Positions 49,681-61,241 of a stretch of 64,000 nucleotides of DNA are shown piece after piece. The position numbers and the translations under genes were made by a program. This DNA is from Torpedo marmorata (lineage: Eukaryota). The notes beneath the pieces were generated by a model, which saw only the letters and a list, made by a program, of their open reading frames with translations, made no database searches and was not told where the DNA came from. Each line of letters begins with the position of its first letter. Position 1 is the stretch's first letter. The stretch spans positions 55,924,001 to 55,988,000 of the forward strand of contig OZ360227.1 of assembly GCA_977017645.1 (NCBI GenBank). The letters are read 5' to 3'.

Positions 49681-51954
49681 TCAGTCCTTCAAAAGACATA
49701 AGAAGTCCATTTTCATAACAGTCTTCTATATATCTAATTCCTTTCCTATTCCAAATTTCCATTGCACTATTATTAAGAGTCATAGGTATAAGTTCATTCT
49801 TTCTTAAGGATGACCATCTTGGATACAACTTGGTCTGTATCCCTTGAAAGAAGAAGTTTATAGTGATTTTATATATAAACGGAATTTTAAAACTATAACT
49901 AAAAGAACTGATAATCCAATTTTAAAACATTTGCTTAAGATTTGGGGGGATTCCCATGAAGGTTTGGGAATTAAAAAGATAGTGTCACCTAAAACATTCT
50001 CCCACATTCCCATTTACTCCCTCTAGATTCTACCACTCATCTACACGTTGGGGCAACATTCAACGATCAATTAACCCAGCAATCTGCACGCCTTTGGGAT
50101 GTGGGAGGAATCCCGCACCGTCACGGGGAGAATGTGTGAACTCCACGCCGGAGGTCAGGATTGAACCTGGTGTTGTGAGACAGTGGCTCTCCCTGTTGCG
50201 CCCATAAGCAGGGTGCTGATTGTTGGCTTAACTCTTTCACTGACCCATCAGGTTTACTGCAGGATCTTCTAGTCTGGTGCTGAGGGAAAGGTTCATGCTT
50301 TCACTGGACAGAATATTGTCGATGCCTGGGATAGCACTAAGATTTGGGGTTTTCATGGGAAAGATGTCATTGAGCTGGAAACAGTGCAGAAAAGATTCAC
50401 AAGGATTTACCAGGACTTGGATAGGAAAGACTGAATTGGCTGGGACTGTTTTCCCTAGAGTTTAGGAGGGTGACTTTACAGAGGTATAAGAGGGTTTCTC
50501 CCAGGGCAGGGTAGTCTAAAACTGGAGGGCTTCGATTTAAGATGAGAGGGGAAAGATTTAAAAGGGATCTGAGGCGCACCTTTTCACACAGAGGATGGTG
50601 GTTGTATGTAATGAGTTGGTAGAGGTGAGTACCATTGGGGCATTCATCACATTGAGCAGGTACATGGATAGGAAAGGTTTCGAGGGATACAGACCAAATT
50701 CAGGCAAATGGGACTAGTTCAAGTCTCCAACTTGGTTGTCACGGATGAGTTGGGCCGGAGGGCTTGTTTCTGCTCTATAGACCTCTATGACTTGGAACGA
50801 TCATAAAAGTGAGCATGGGTGATTTTGTCCAGCTGAACCATCCTCCCACTGGGAGTCCCTCACTGTGCCACAGAACACCTTCCAGCATTTCAGTTCCTTT
50901 CACTGGAGTGAGTGCAGAGGAGATTCATGAGACGATGTTTCAAATGTGACCCAGAGTCTGGATGGATTCAGCTTCTTTCCTTTGGGCCAGGGGACACTGA
51001 GGGGGGACCTGAGAGTTGTGCAGAATTAGGAGAGGCCCAGACAGAGAGAATCTTTTCTCTGTGGCTGAGATGTCTTAAGACCAGAGGACGGAGGTTTAGA
51101 ATGACAACTCAGAGGATCTGAGGAAGGATTATTTCTTCAAGCAGAGGGTGGCTTCAGTTGGGAACTCACTTCCTGAGAAGGTGTTGGAGGCAATGACACT
51201 CACAAAGTTTACGAAGCATCTGGACGAGCACTTGAATCACCAGGTATTGTGGCCATGGACAAATGAGGTAAATTGTCTAGGATAGATGGTCGTCATAGAT
51301 ACGATGGCCCAAAGGAATTATTTCTGTGTTCTATGACTTTATAAATTCCTCTCTTACTTGTCTAATTTCAGATCTGGAGTGTTGATTCTTTTCTGGTCTC
51401 CACACTTTGACATCAGGGCACCTTTACCCTGAACTCTCACTTGGGAAGCTGACGAGAAGGCTTGCACTTCTGGATTTTAAACCTGCCCAATTCTGGACTT
51501 CATGGAGAAAGGGTAAGGGGGGGGGGGTGCTTTCCCTCCCTTCTGGTTTCCAAGCCAACAACGTGTCGCTCAGCATCACTTCAACAAATCGGCTGGCCAT
51601 GCGGAGCTTGCAGTGCACAAACCGACTGCCGAGTTTCCTACATTACCATCAGCCACCGTAGAAAGTCTGCGATTGGCTTGTGGCATCCTGCAGTTATAAA
51701 ATAAAATAACCAATTCTTGTGATGAACGATTTCATTTTCATTCCAGAGCAACACATCCATGTTCAAGAACAGTTTCTTTCCAACGGCTGTCAGGCTCCTG
51801 AACCTCCCCCTTACTACACTAATCATGGACTCTGCCCTGACACCATAAACAGGATTGTCTGTGCTACCGTTTACTGAGACTCTCCTGATCCGAAATGTTG
51901 ACTGACCATTTCTCTCCACGGATGCTGCCTGCTTGTCTTTGTTAAATTTTGATT

Positions 51955-52197
51955 TTTAAATTTAGAAATACAGCCTGGTAACAGGCCCTTTCGGTCCACG
52001 AGCCCCTGCTGCCCAATTACACCCAATTGACCAACAACACCCGTTCGTTTTGAAGGGTGGGAGGAAACCGGAGGAAACCCATGCACATACGAGGAAAACA
52101 TACAAACTCCTTACAGACAGCGGCGGATTCGAACCCCGGTCGCTGTTGCTAGCGCTGTAACAGCGTTGCGCTAACTGCTACACTAACCATGCTGCCC
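51955..52197 (-). mobile_element. tRNA-derived SINE
   Basis: Same family as 8555-8808. Confidence 0.8.
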
Positions 52198-52329
52198 TTG
52201 TGTGCTCAAGATTTCAGTAACTGCAGTTCTCTCATCACATCTAAATGCTTGGTTGAAATCAACAATCGGTAGAAATTTCTGCCAAATATTGTAAGTATTG
52301 GAAGATTGAACTTCAGATCCTCTCATCCC

Positions 52330-52727
52330 TCACTGTGATAAAAACCTGTCACAATCTGCTATTAGCTCAAAGTATTTTACAATCAATGAAGTACTGTTTG
52401 GTGACCTCTCTGTTATGACACAGGACAAACAGCAGCCAATAAGCAAATAGAAAGTTCTTAAGTTTAGATAACCAGTCATTTTAACCATGATTGATAAATA
52501 TTAACAAGGGACAGGAAATGTGCCCGCTCTTTTTTGAAATCATGCCATGGGATCTTTAACGTGACCCAAGAAAGTAGGTGCACCTCTGGTTAACCTCTCA
52601 TCGAGAGCATGGCAGTTCTAACCTCATTTGTCAGCTTAGATCGTTGTGTGTGAAACGCTGGAGTGGGAATTGATCCCACAACCTTTGCATTCAGAGGTGA
52701 AGGAGCTCCCAGCTGAGCCACAGCTGA
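52330..52727 (-). mobile_element. Ancient DeuSINE-like relic
   Basis: Reverse strand shows a tRNA-like head (gtggctcagctgg...ggatcaattccc), then taaagatcccatggca and agtacttcattg..tgtaaa, resembling my recollection of the Deu-domain SINE consensus. Confidence 0.55.
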
Positions 52728-52784
52728 TCTTGGCAACAGTCTGGAGCCACTCATGACTCCTTACAACTTTTAAAAATTATTCTT

Positions 52785-53031
52785 TTTAAATTTAGAGATA
52801 TATCACGGTGGTAGGCCCTTCCAAACCCAAACAGCCCAAAGACACCAATGTGACCCATTAACCTACTAACCCCGTACGTTTTTGGCGTGTGGGAGGAAAC
52901 CGGAGCACCCAGAGGAAACCCACGCAGGTCACGGGGAGAACGTTCAAACTCCTCACAGATAGCACCGTGTTCGAAACCGGGTCGCTGGCGCTGTAACTGC
53001 GTTGCTCTAACCGCTACGCTAACTGTGGCCA
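52785..53031 (-). mobile_element. tRNA-derived SINE
   Basis: Same head and core as 8555-8808. Confidence 0.75.
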
Positions 53032-54190
53032 CTTTAGTGCTGTATAAATCTGTTTCTCTCAGACCACCTCACCTGACCTTGCTCTCCCTCCACTGAACTC
53101 TTCATTCATGCCTTTGTCACCTCCAGATGCAACGATCCCATTGCACTACTGGCTGGCTCTCATTATTCCTAAGGCCATCCTAAATCATGCTGCCGGGAAC
53201 GTAACTCGCACCAAATACGATTGACGCAATGAACAAATAAACAAACTGCATGATGGAACTGCATCCGTGGAGGGAAGGTGGACAATTAATGCTTCAGGTG
53301 GCAACCCTGCTTCCGGACTGAGAACGGAGAGCGGAGAGAGGGGGTGAAAGGGTCTGGAGGTGATAGGTGGACCATGGAGGGGTGAAGGGTGATGGACGTG
53401 GAGCCCAGTGGGGTGGAGTTGGGAGACAAATGGACAGATGGAGCCAGGAGAGGGGGGGGGGATGGAGACACTGCTAAGGCAAGGAGATGGGTGGAACTGG
53501 ATAAGGGAGAGACAGTGGCCTGATGGAAACATTGGAGGAGGGGATTTGGAGAATGGGGTGAGAAGATGGTGGAGGGAAAAGGAGTTGGGTTACAGGGAGC
53601 TGGGGGGTTGGTGTCAGTGTGAGAGAACCTAGGTGGACGAGGAGAGAGAAAGATACCAAGGTGGAGTGGGCATTTGAAATTGAAGAATTCATACCATTAG
53701 GTTGTAGACTACCCAGACAGAATCCGAGGTGTTTGCTGTTTCGCGGCATCTGCAGTCTCTTGTGCCTCCATTAACTCGTTACCTAGAACCATAGAACATT
53801 ACAGCACAGAAACAGGCCCCTTCGGCCCTTCTAGTCTGTGCCGAACCATATTTATTGCCTAGTCCCACTGACCTGCACCCAGTCCATATCCCTCCACACC
53901 TCTCCCATCCATGTACCTGTCCAAATTCCTCTTAAATGTTAAAATTGAGCCCGGATTCACCACTACAGCTGGAAGCTCGTTCCACACTCCCACCACTCTC
54001 TGTGTGAAGAAGTTCCCCCTCACGTTCCCCCTAAACTTTTCCCCTTTCACCCTTAACCCATGTCCTCTGGTTTGTATCTCACCTACCCTCAGTGGAAAAA
54101 GCCTACCTACATTTACTCTGTCTATCCCCCTCATAATTTTAAATACCTCTGTTAAATCTCCCCTCATTCTTCTACACACCAGGGAATAAA

Positions 54191-54918
54191 TCAGAATCAG
54201 TATTAGAATTTATTGTCATGAACAAGTCATGAAATTCGGTGTTTTGCGGCAGCATCATAGTGCAAACATTCATATTATAACCATCTTACAACAACAATAT
54301 AAAAAATATAAATAATAGTGCACGAAAAGTAAGGCAGTGTCTTTGGTTCATTGTTCATTCAGGAATCTGATGGCAGCGGGGAAGTAGCTGTCCTTGTGCC
54401 GTTGAGTGCTCGTCTTTAGGCTCCTGTACCTTTTTCCCGATGGAACAGAGTGAAGAGGGCATGACCTGGGTGGTGGGGGTCTTTGAGGATAGAGGCTGCT
54501 TTTTTAAGACACCGCCTCATGTAGATGTCCTCGATGTAGTGAAGTCTGGTGCCTGTGATGTCACAGGCCGAGTTAACAACCCTCTGGAGTTTTTTCTTGT
54601 CCTGAGAGTTGGCGCCTCCATACCAGGCAGTGATGCAACCAGCCAGAATGTTCTCCACGGTACACCTGTAGAAGTTTCCGAGAGTCTTCGGTGACATACC
54701 GAATCTCTTCTGACACCTCACAAAGTATAGCCACTGGCGAGCCTTCTTTGTGATTGCATCAATGTGGAGGCTCCAGGACAGATCCTCGGAGATGTTGACA
54801 CCCAGAAATTTGAAGTTGACCCTCTCCACTACTGAGCCCTCGATGAGGACTGGGTCGTGTTCCCCTGACTTCCTCCTGAAGTCCACAATCATCTCCTTGG
54901 TTTTGCTAACGTTGAGCA
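54191..54918 (-). mobile_element. Rex1-type 3' fragment
   Basis: Closely similar to 46068-46792, in reverse orientation. Confidence 0.9.
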
Positions 54919-55753
54919 CAAAGTCCCAACCTGTTTAACCTTTCCCTGTAACTCAGTTCCTGAAGTCCGGGCAACATCCTAGTAAATCTTCTCTGCATTC
55001 TTTCTATCTTATTGATATTTTTCCTGTAGTTAGGTGACCAAAACTGCACACAATACTCCAAATTTGGCCTCACCAATGTCTTATACAACTTTAACATAAC
55101 ATCCCAACTCCTGTACTCAATACTTTGATTTATGAAGGCCAATATGCCAAAAGCTCTCTTTACAACCCTATTCACCTGTGACACTACTTTCAGGGAATTA
55201 TGTATCTGTATTCCCAGATCCCTCTGTTCTACCGCACTCCTCAGTGTCCTACCATGTCCTTTCTTGGTTTGTCCTTCCAAAATGCAACACCTCACACTTG
55301 TCTGCATTAAATTCCATCTGCCATTTTTCAGCCCATTTTTCCAGCTGGTCCAGATCCCTCTGCAAGCTTTGAAAACCTTCTTCGCTGTCCACAGCACCTC
55401 CAATCTTAGTGTCATCTGCAAACTTGCTGATCCAATTTACCACATTATCATCCAGATCATTGATATAGATGACAAACAACAATGTTCCCAACACTGATCC
55501 CTGAGGCACACCACTAGACACAGACCTCCAGTCTGAGAAGCAATCATCCACCACTACTCTCTGGCTTCTCCCGTCCAGCAATTGTTGAATCCAGTTCAAT
55601 ACTTCACCATGAATACCTAGTTTTTGAACCTTCCTGACTAACCTCCCATGTGGAACCTTATCAAAGGCCTTACAAAAGTCCATGTAGACAACATCCACAG
55701 TCTTTTCTTTGTCAACTTTCCTGGTAATCTCCTCGAAAAACTCTATAAGGTTG

Positions 55754-56618
55754 TGTTATGGTCCATGACTGACCATTTGGACTGCGGACGGTCAGCAGGA
55801 AGGATGAAGTCTTTTGGAGTACACACTGGGACCAGGTACTGAAAGAGTTAACTTGCCCAGGACTTGTACTCACAGAGAGAGAGACACCAGAGAGAGACAG
55901 ACTGTGGAGAGATACTTTGTTGCACTTTTGCAAAAGCAGGTACAAACCTCTGCAAAAAGCATTGAGGTTCAGTTGAGTTTGGTGTTGCAAAGGCTGGAGA
56001 ACACAGCAAAATCTAGGCTTGTGCATCCCAGGGGAAAAGGCTGGGAGAATAGCACATGGCCTCCTGTATCAGCAAAATCCTGAGTTAAACAAACTTTTGT
56101 GAAGAACAGGCGTGAGATCAGCGAGACAGGCTGTGAGATCCACGTACACGCCTCAATCAGTGGTATTCTGATTTGGAGTCGCAATCCTCGTGAATCTACC
56201 AAAAGGGAAAGTCATCAGAGAAGAAAAGCAGGCCAAGCATTCGTAAGCTTAAACAGTCATTGTCTTTCTCTCCAACGTTCATTAAGAAGTCCTTCTTGCC
56301 AGCACACAGAGCTGAATTTGGACCCTGAAAATAGAGAGTGAATTTTTGTAGACTGTATTTTTGGGACTGTCTTATTTTTATGACTGACCTGGGGGTTTTG
56401 GGGAAGGTTTTCCATTTTTACATGAGGGTTGAGCACAGACGTAATGGTCTGGGCTTTACACACACACACACTCTTTAGATAAGAATAGTGTTTATAGACG
56501 TTTATAGTAGGGTTAATTGTTGTGAAATTATATGTTTAATTGTCTTTAATAAATATAAATTTCAATTTTACCCCTTTTACATTGCGTCTTCTGTCGTTGC
56601 TGGTTTGAATTTGTAACA
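55754..56618 (+). mobile_element. Solo LTR, Gmr1-like family, opposite orientation
   Basis: Reverse complement of the other LTRs; TSD GTTG (55750-55753 and 56619-56622). Confidence 0.95.
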
Positions 56619-59344
56619 GTTGGTTAAACACGACCTACCATACACAAAGCCATGTTGACTATCCCTAATCAGTTTCTGGATATCCAAATAATTGTATATC
56701 TGATCTCTTAGAACACTTTCCGATAATTTACATACTACTGATGTCAGGCTCACCGGCCGATAATTTCCAGGTTTACTTTTGGAGCCTTTTTTAAACAACG
56801 GAACAACGTGAGCTACCCTTTAATCCTCCGGCACTGCACCCGTGGCTAAGGACATTTTAAATATTTCTGCCAGAGCCCCTGCAATTTCTACACTAGTCTC
56901 CCTCAAGGTCCGAGAGAATATCTTGTCAGGCCCTGGGGATTTATCCACCCTTATTTGCTATAAGACAGCAAGCACTTCCTCCTTTTTAATTTGTATAGGT
57001 TCCATGACCTCACTGCTTGTTTTCCTTACTTCTCACGACTCTGTGCCTGTTTCCTGAGCAAATAATGATAAAAAAACATTTAAGACGTCCCCCATCTCTT
57101 TTGGCTCCATACAAAGCCGACCACTCTGATCTTCAAGGGGACCAATTTTGTTCCTTACTATCCTTTTGCTCTTAATAAACCTGTAGAAACCCTTATGATT
57201 TTCGTTCACATTGTCTGCCAAAGCAACCTCATGTCTTCTTTTTGCCTTCCTGATTTCATTCTTGAGGTTTTTCTTGCATATTTTATACTCCTCAAGTACC
57301 TCATTTGCTCCATGTTGCCTATACCTGCTATACACTTCTCTTCTTCCGAACCAGATCCCCAATATCCCTTGAAAACCAAGGTTCCCTATGCCTGCTAACC
57401 TTGCTTTTCATCCTGACAGGAACATACAAACTCTGTACTCTCAAAATTTCACCTTTGAAGGTCCTCCACTTACCTCACACATCCTTGCCCGAAAACAACC
57501 TATCCCAATCCACGCATTCTAAATCCTTTCTCATTTCCTCAAAATTGGCCTTTCTCCAATTTAGAATCTCAACCCGAGGCCCAGACCTATCCTTCTCCAT
57601 AATTAACTTGAAACTAATGGCGTTATGATCACTGGACTCAAAATGTTCCCCTACACATACTTCTGTCACCTGTCCTGTCTCGTTCCCTAATAGGGGATCC
57701 AGTATTGCACTCTCTCTAGTTAGTACCTCTATATATTGACTTTAAAAACTTTCCTGAACACATTTGACAAACTCCAAACCATCCAGCCCTTTTACAGTAT
57801 AGGAGTCCCAGTCAATATGTGGAAAATTAAAATCCCCTACTATCACAACCTTGTTTCCTGCAGCTGTCTGCTATCTCTCTACAGATTTACTCCTCCAATT
57901 CTCGCTGACTATTGGGCGGTCTATAATACAACCCCATGAGTGTGGTCATACCTTTCCCGTTCCTCAGATCCACCCATATAACCTCAGTAGACGAGCCCTC
58001 TGGTCTGTCCTGCCTGAGCACAGCTGTGATATTTTCCTTGACAAGTAATGCCACTCCTCCCCCTTTCATCCCCCCCGTTCTATCATGTCTAAACCAACGG
58101 AAACCTGTGATTGTCAAATTACAATGGCAGCACTTGGCTTTTAAAATACTCACACCTGTTTTAAAATCCTTCCGCATCACTGCCCCTCCCTTTCTCAGTA
58201 ACCCCCACCATGCAGCAGCATATCTGCACAGTTACACACCCCTGACCTCCCTGCCCAGAAACTAAAATCCTAACCCCTGGAATTCCATCTCAGAGAGATT
58301 TAAGTCTGCATTGCCTTCCTTCTGAGCAACCTTTTGATGTGACTTGCCTCAACATCTCCTTCTGTGGCAGTTCATCAAATTTGTTTAACTCTCCAGTGGT
58401 TAAGCTAGTAGAGCCACTGCCTCACACGTCCAAGGGCCAAGGTTCAATCCTAACCTGAGGTGGTGTCTGTGTGGAGTTTGCACGCTCTCCCTGTGACCAC
58501 GTGGTTTCCTCCCACATCCCAAAAATGAGTAATGTATGTGCTGAGAGTTCATTGTCATTTACATAAGTGCACCGTACAGATGCACTGAAATTCTTACTTG
58601 CTTGAACCACATTATCGTCGGACGAAGATACACTGACGATAGTGGCATAAACTAAATTACCACAATATGCCAATAAGCAAAAGAGAGGATAAATTTAAAA
58701 GGATAAACAGATAAATATTCACAGTTGCAGCTAGTAAAGGAAAAAAAGGGACGCTTCAATAGAGCGGACAGATCTTTCGGTGATCCTGGAGTAGTTTCTG
58801 GTTAGGATTAGGGTAGTACGGGAGATTCAAGAGTCTGATAGCTGTTGGATAAAAACTGTTCTGAACCTGGAGATGCAGGTCTTCAGGCTTCTGAACCTTC
58901 TGCCCAAATGGTGCAGTGAGAACAGGTTGTGACCAGGGTGATTGGACGTCCTTTATGATGTTGGCTGCCTTCTTGAGGCAGTGTCTCACATAGATGTCTT
59001 CAATAGATCGGAGGCTAACACTTTCTGCAAACATCTTTTGTGTGTTTAGAACTATAGAACCTTAGAACATTACAGCATAGAAAACAGGCCCTTTGGCCCT
59101 TCTAGTATGTGCCGAACTATCATTCTGCCTAATTCCACTGCCCATTCCATATCCCTCCATACCCCTCCCATCCATGTTCCCGTCCAAATTTTCCTTTAAT
59201 GTTAACATTGAGCTCACATTCACTTCAGCTGACAGCTCATTCCACACTCCCACCACTCAGTGTGAAGACGTTCCCCCTAATGTTCCCCCTAAACATCTCT
59301 TTTTTCACCCTTAACCCATGTCCTGTGGTTTAATTTTTTAATTT

Positions 59345-59599
59345 AAATTTAATTTAGACATACAGCACAGTAGCAGGCCATTTCGGCCCACGAGTCCGTG
59401 CCGCCCAATTTACACTCAATTAACATACACCCCTGGTACGTTTTGAACGGTGGGAGGAAACCGGAGTCCCCGGGGAAAACCCACGTAGACACGGGGAGAA
59501 CGTACAAACTCCTTACAGACAGCGCGGGATTCGAACCCCAGTCCTGATCGCTGGCGCTGTAAAGGCGTTGCGCTAACCACTACACCACACGTGCTGCCC
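59345..59599 (-). mobile_element. tRNA-derived SINE inside a CR1 tail (about 59050-59655)
   Basis: Very similar to 8555-8808; flanks gtggttt/gtggctt. Confidence 0.8.
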
Positions 59600-59656
59600 C
59601 AGTGGCTTATATCTCACCTAACCTCAGTGGAAGAAGCCTACTTACATTTACTATTT

Positions 59657-60525
59657 TGTTACAAAATCAAACCAGCAACGACAGAAGACGCAATGCAAAA
59701 GGGGTAAAATTGAAATTTATATTTATTAAAGACAATTAAACATATAATTTCACAACAATTAACCCCACTATAAACGTCTATAAACACTATTCTTATCTAA
59801 AAGGTGTGTGTGTGTGTGTGTGTGTGTAAAGCCCAGACCATTACAGTCTGTGCCCAACCCTTATGTAAAAATGGAAAAACGTTCCCCAAAAACCCCAGGT
59901 CAGTCATAAAAACAAGTCAGTCAAAAAAAAAGAATAATACATTCCACAAAATTCACTCTCTAAGTTCAGGTTTCAAATTCAGCTCTGTATCTGGTAGAAG
60001 TACTTCTAAATGAACGTTGGAGAGAGACAATGACTGTTTATGCTTACAAATACTTGTATTTCTTCTCTGATGACGTTCCCTTCTTGTGTTTTCATAAGGA
60101 TTGCGAGTTCAGATCAGTATACCACTGATTAAGGCGTGTGCTTGGATCTCACAGCTAGTCTCACTGATCTCACGCCTGTTCTCCACAGAAGTTGCTTTAC
60201 CTCAGAATTTCTCTGAGACAGGAGGCCACGTGCTATTCTGCCAGTCTTTTCTCTGGGATGCAGAAGCCTAGATTTGGCTGTGTTCTCTAGCCTTTGCAAC
60301 ACCCAACTGTCTGCTTTTTGCAGAGGTCTGAACCTGCTTTTGCAAAAGGGCTACAATGTATCTTTTCCACAGTCTGTCTCTCTCTGCTCTCTCTCTCTCT
60401 CTCTGGGTACACCAAGTCCTGGGCAAGTTAACTCTTTCAGTACCTGGCCCCAGTGTGTACTCCAAAAGACTTCATCCTTCCTGCTGACCGTCCGCAGTCC
60501 AAATGGTCAGTCATGGTCCATAACA
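59657..60525 (-). mobile_element. Solo LTR without TSD
   Basis: Intact termini, but the flanks ATTT and GTAT differ; the left flank is CR1 and the right flank is a Rex fragment. Confidence 0.9.
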
Positions 60526-61241
60526 GTATCTATGGGCACTCAAATCCCCAAACCAGGCTGTGATGCAATCGGCCATTACACTTTCCACAGTACACCTGTG
60601 GAAGTTTGATATATTATTCATCAACGTGTCAAATCTTATCAGAGTCCTTCGAAAGTAGAGGGGTTGGTGTGCCTTCTTCACTGTTGTTTCGATGTGCTGG
60701 CTCCAGGAGAGGTCGTCTGATATGTAGACTCCTCGGAACTCGAAGGAACTAACCCACTCCACCGCTGTTCCATCAATGAAGACAGGTCCCTTATCAAGGG
60801 TGCGAGGTCCCTTAGCCTCCCCTGCCTTAAGTCCACAATAATCTCCTTAGTCTTGCAGACACTGACAGCATGATTGTTGTTCTGGCCCCCAACCAGATTC
60901 CCGATCTCCTTCCTGTATTCTGACTACTCATTTCCAATTATTCAGCCTCCAAACGGTGATGTTTTGTTGGTAGGTTAAATTCACCTCTGTAAATTGTCCC
61001 GAGTGTGTTGATGAGTAGTAGAACCTGGCAGGAGTTTTTACTTTCACGTTTATTGTCACATGTAGCAAGATGCAGTGACAGAGGTTGCTTTGTGAGCAAG
61101 CCAGTTAGAGTCGTGGAGGATAAAATGGAGTAGGGTAGATTAGTGTAAGTACAGGATGGTACAGTGGGCTGAAGGGCCTGTTTCCGTGCTGTTTCTCTCT
61201 GTGATTGTAAAGTGCCTCTGGGCATTGATTACTGTTACTAT

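Larger units (their letters stand above)
47144..49996 (-). mobile_element. L1-clade LINE 3' portion with 5' inversion
   Basis: C-terminal CCHC domain (CFRC...SFLHSTWMC), T-rich tail at 47144, 14-bp TSD ttctcccacattcc (47130-47143 and 49997-50010). About 49844-49996 is upstream ORF2 on the opposite strand. Inserted in a tRNA SINE. Confidence 0.85.
53783..58108 (-). mobile_element. Long CR1 LINE (APE to RT to tail), split by a Rex fragment and a solo LTR
   Basis: KGGGVALLVKE, YYRPPN, SSDHN, PGNYRPVSLTS, QHGF, DKVPHGRL, PQGSVLG, FADD, LEYCVQFWSP; many frameshifts. Confidence 0.9.
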
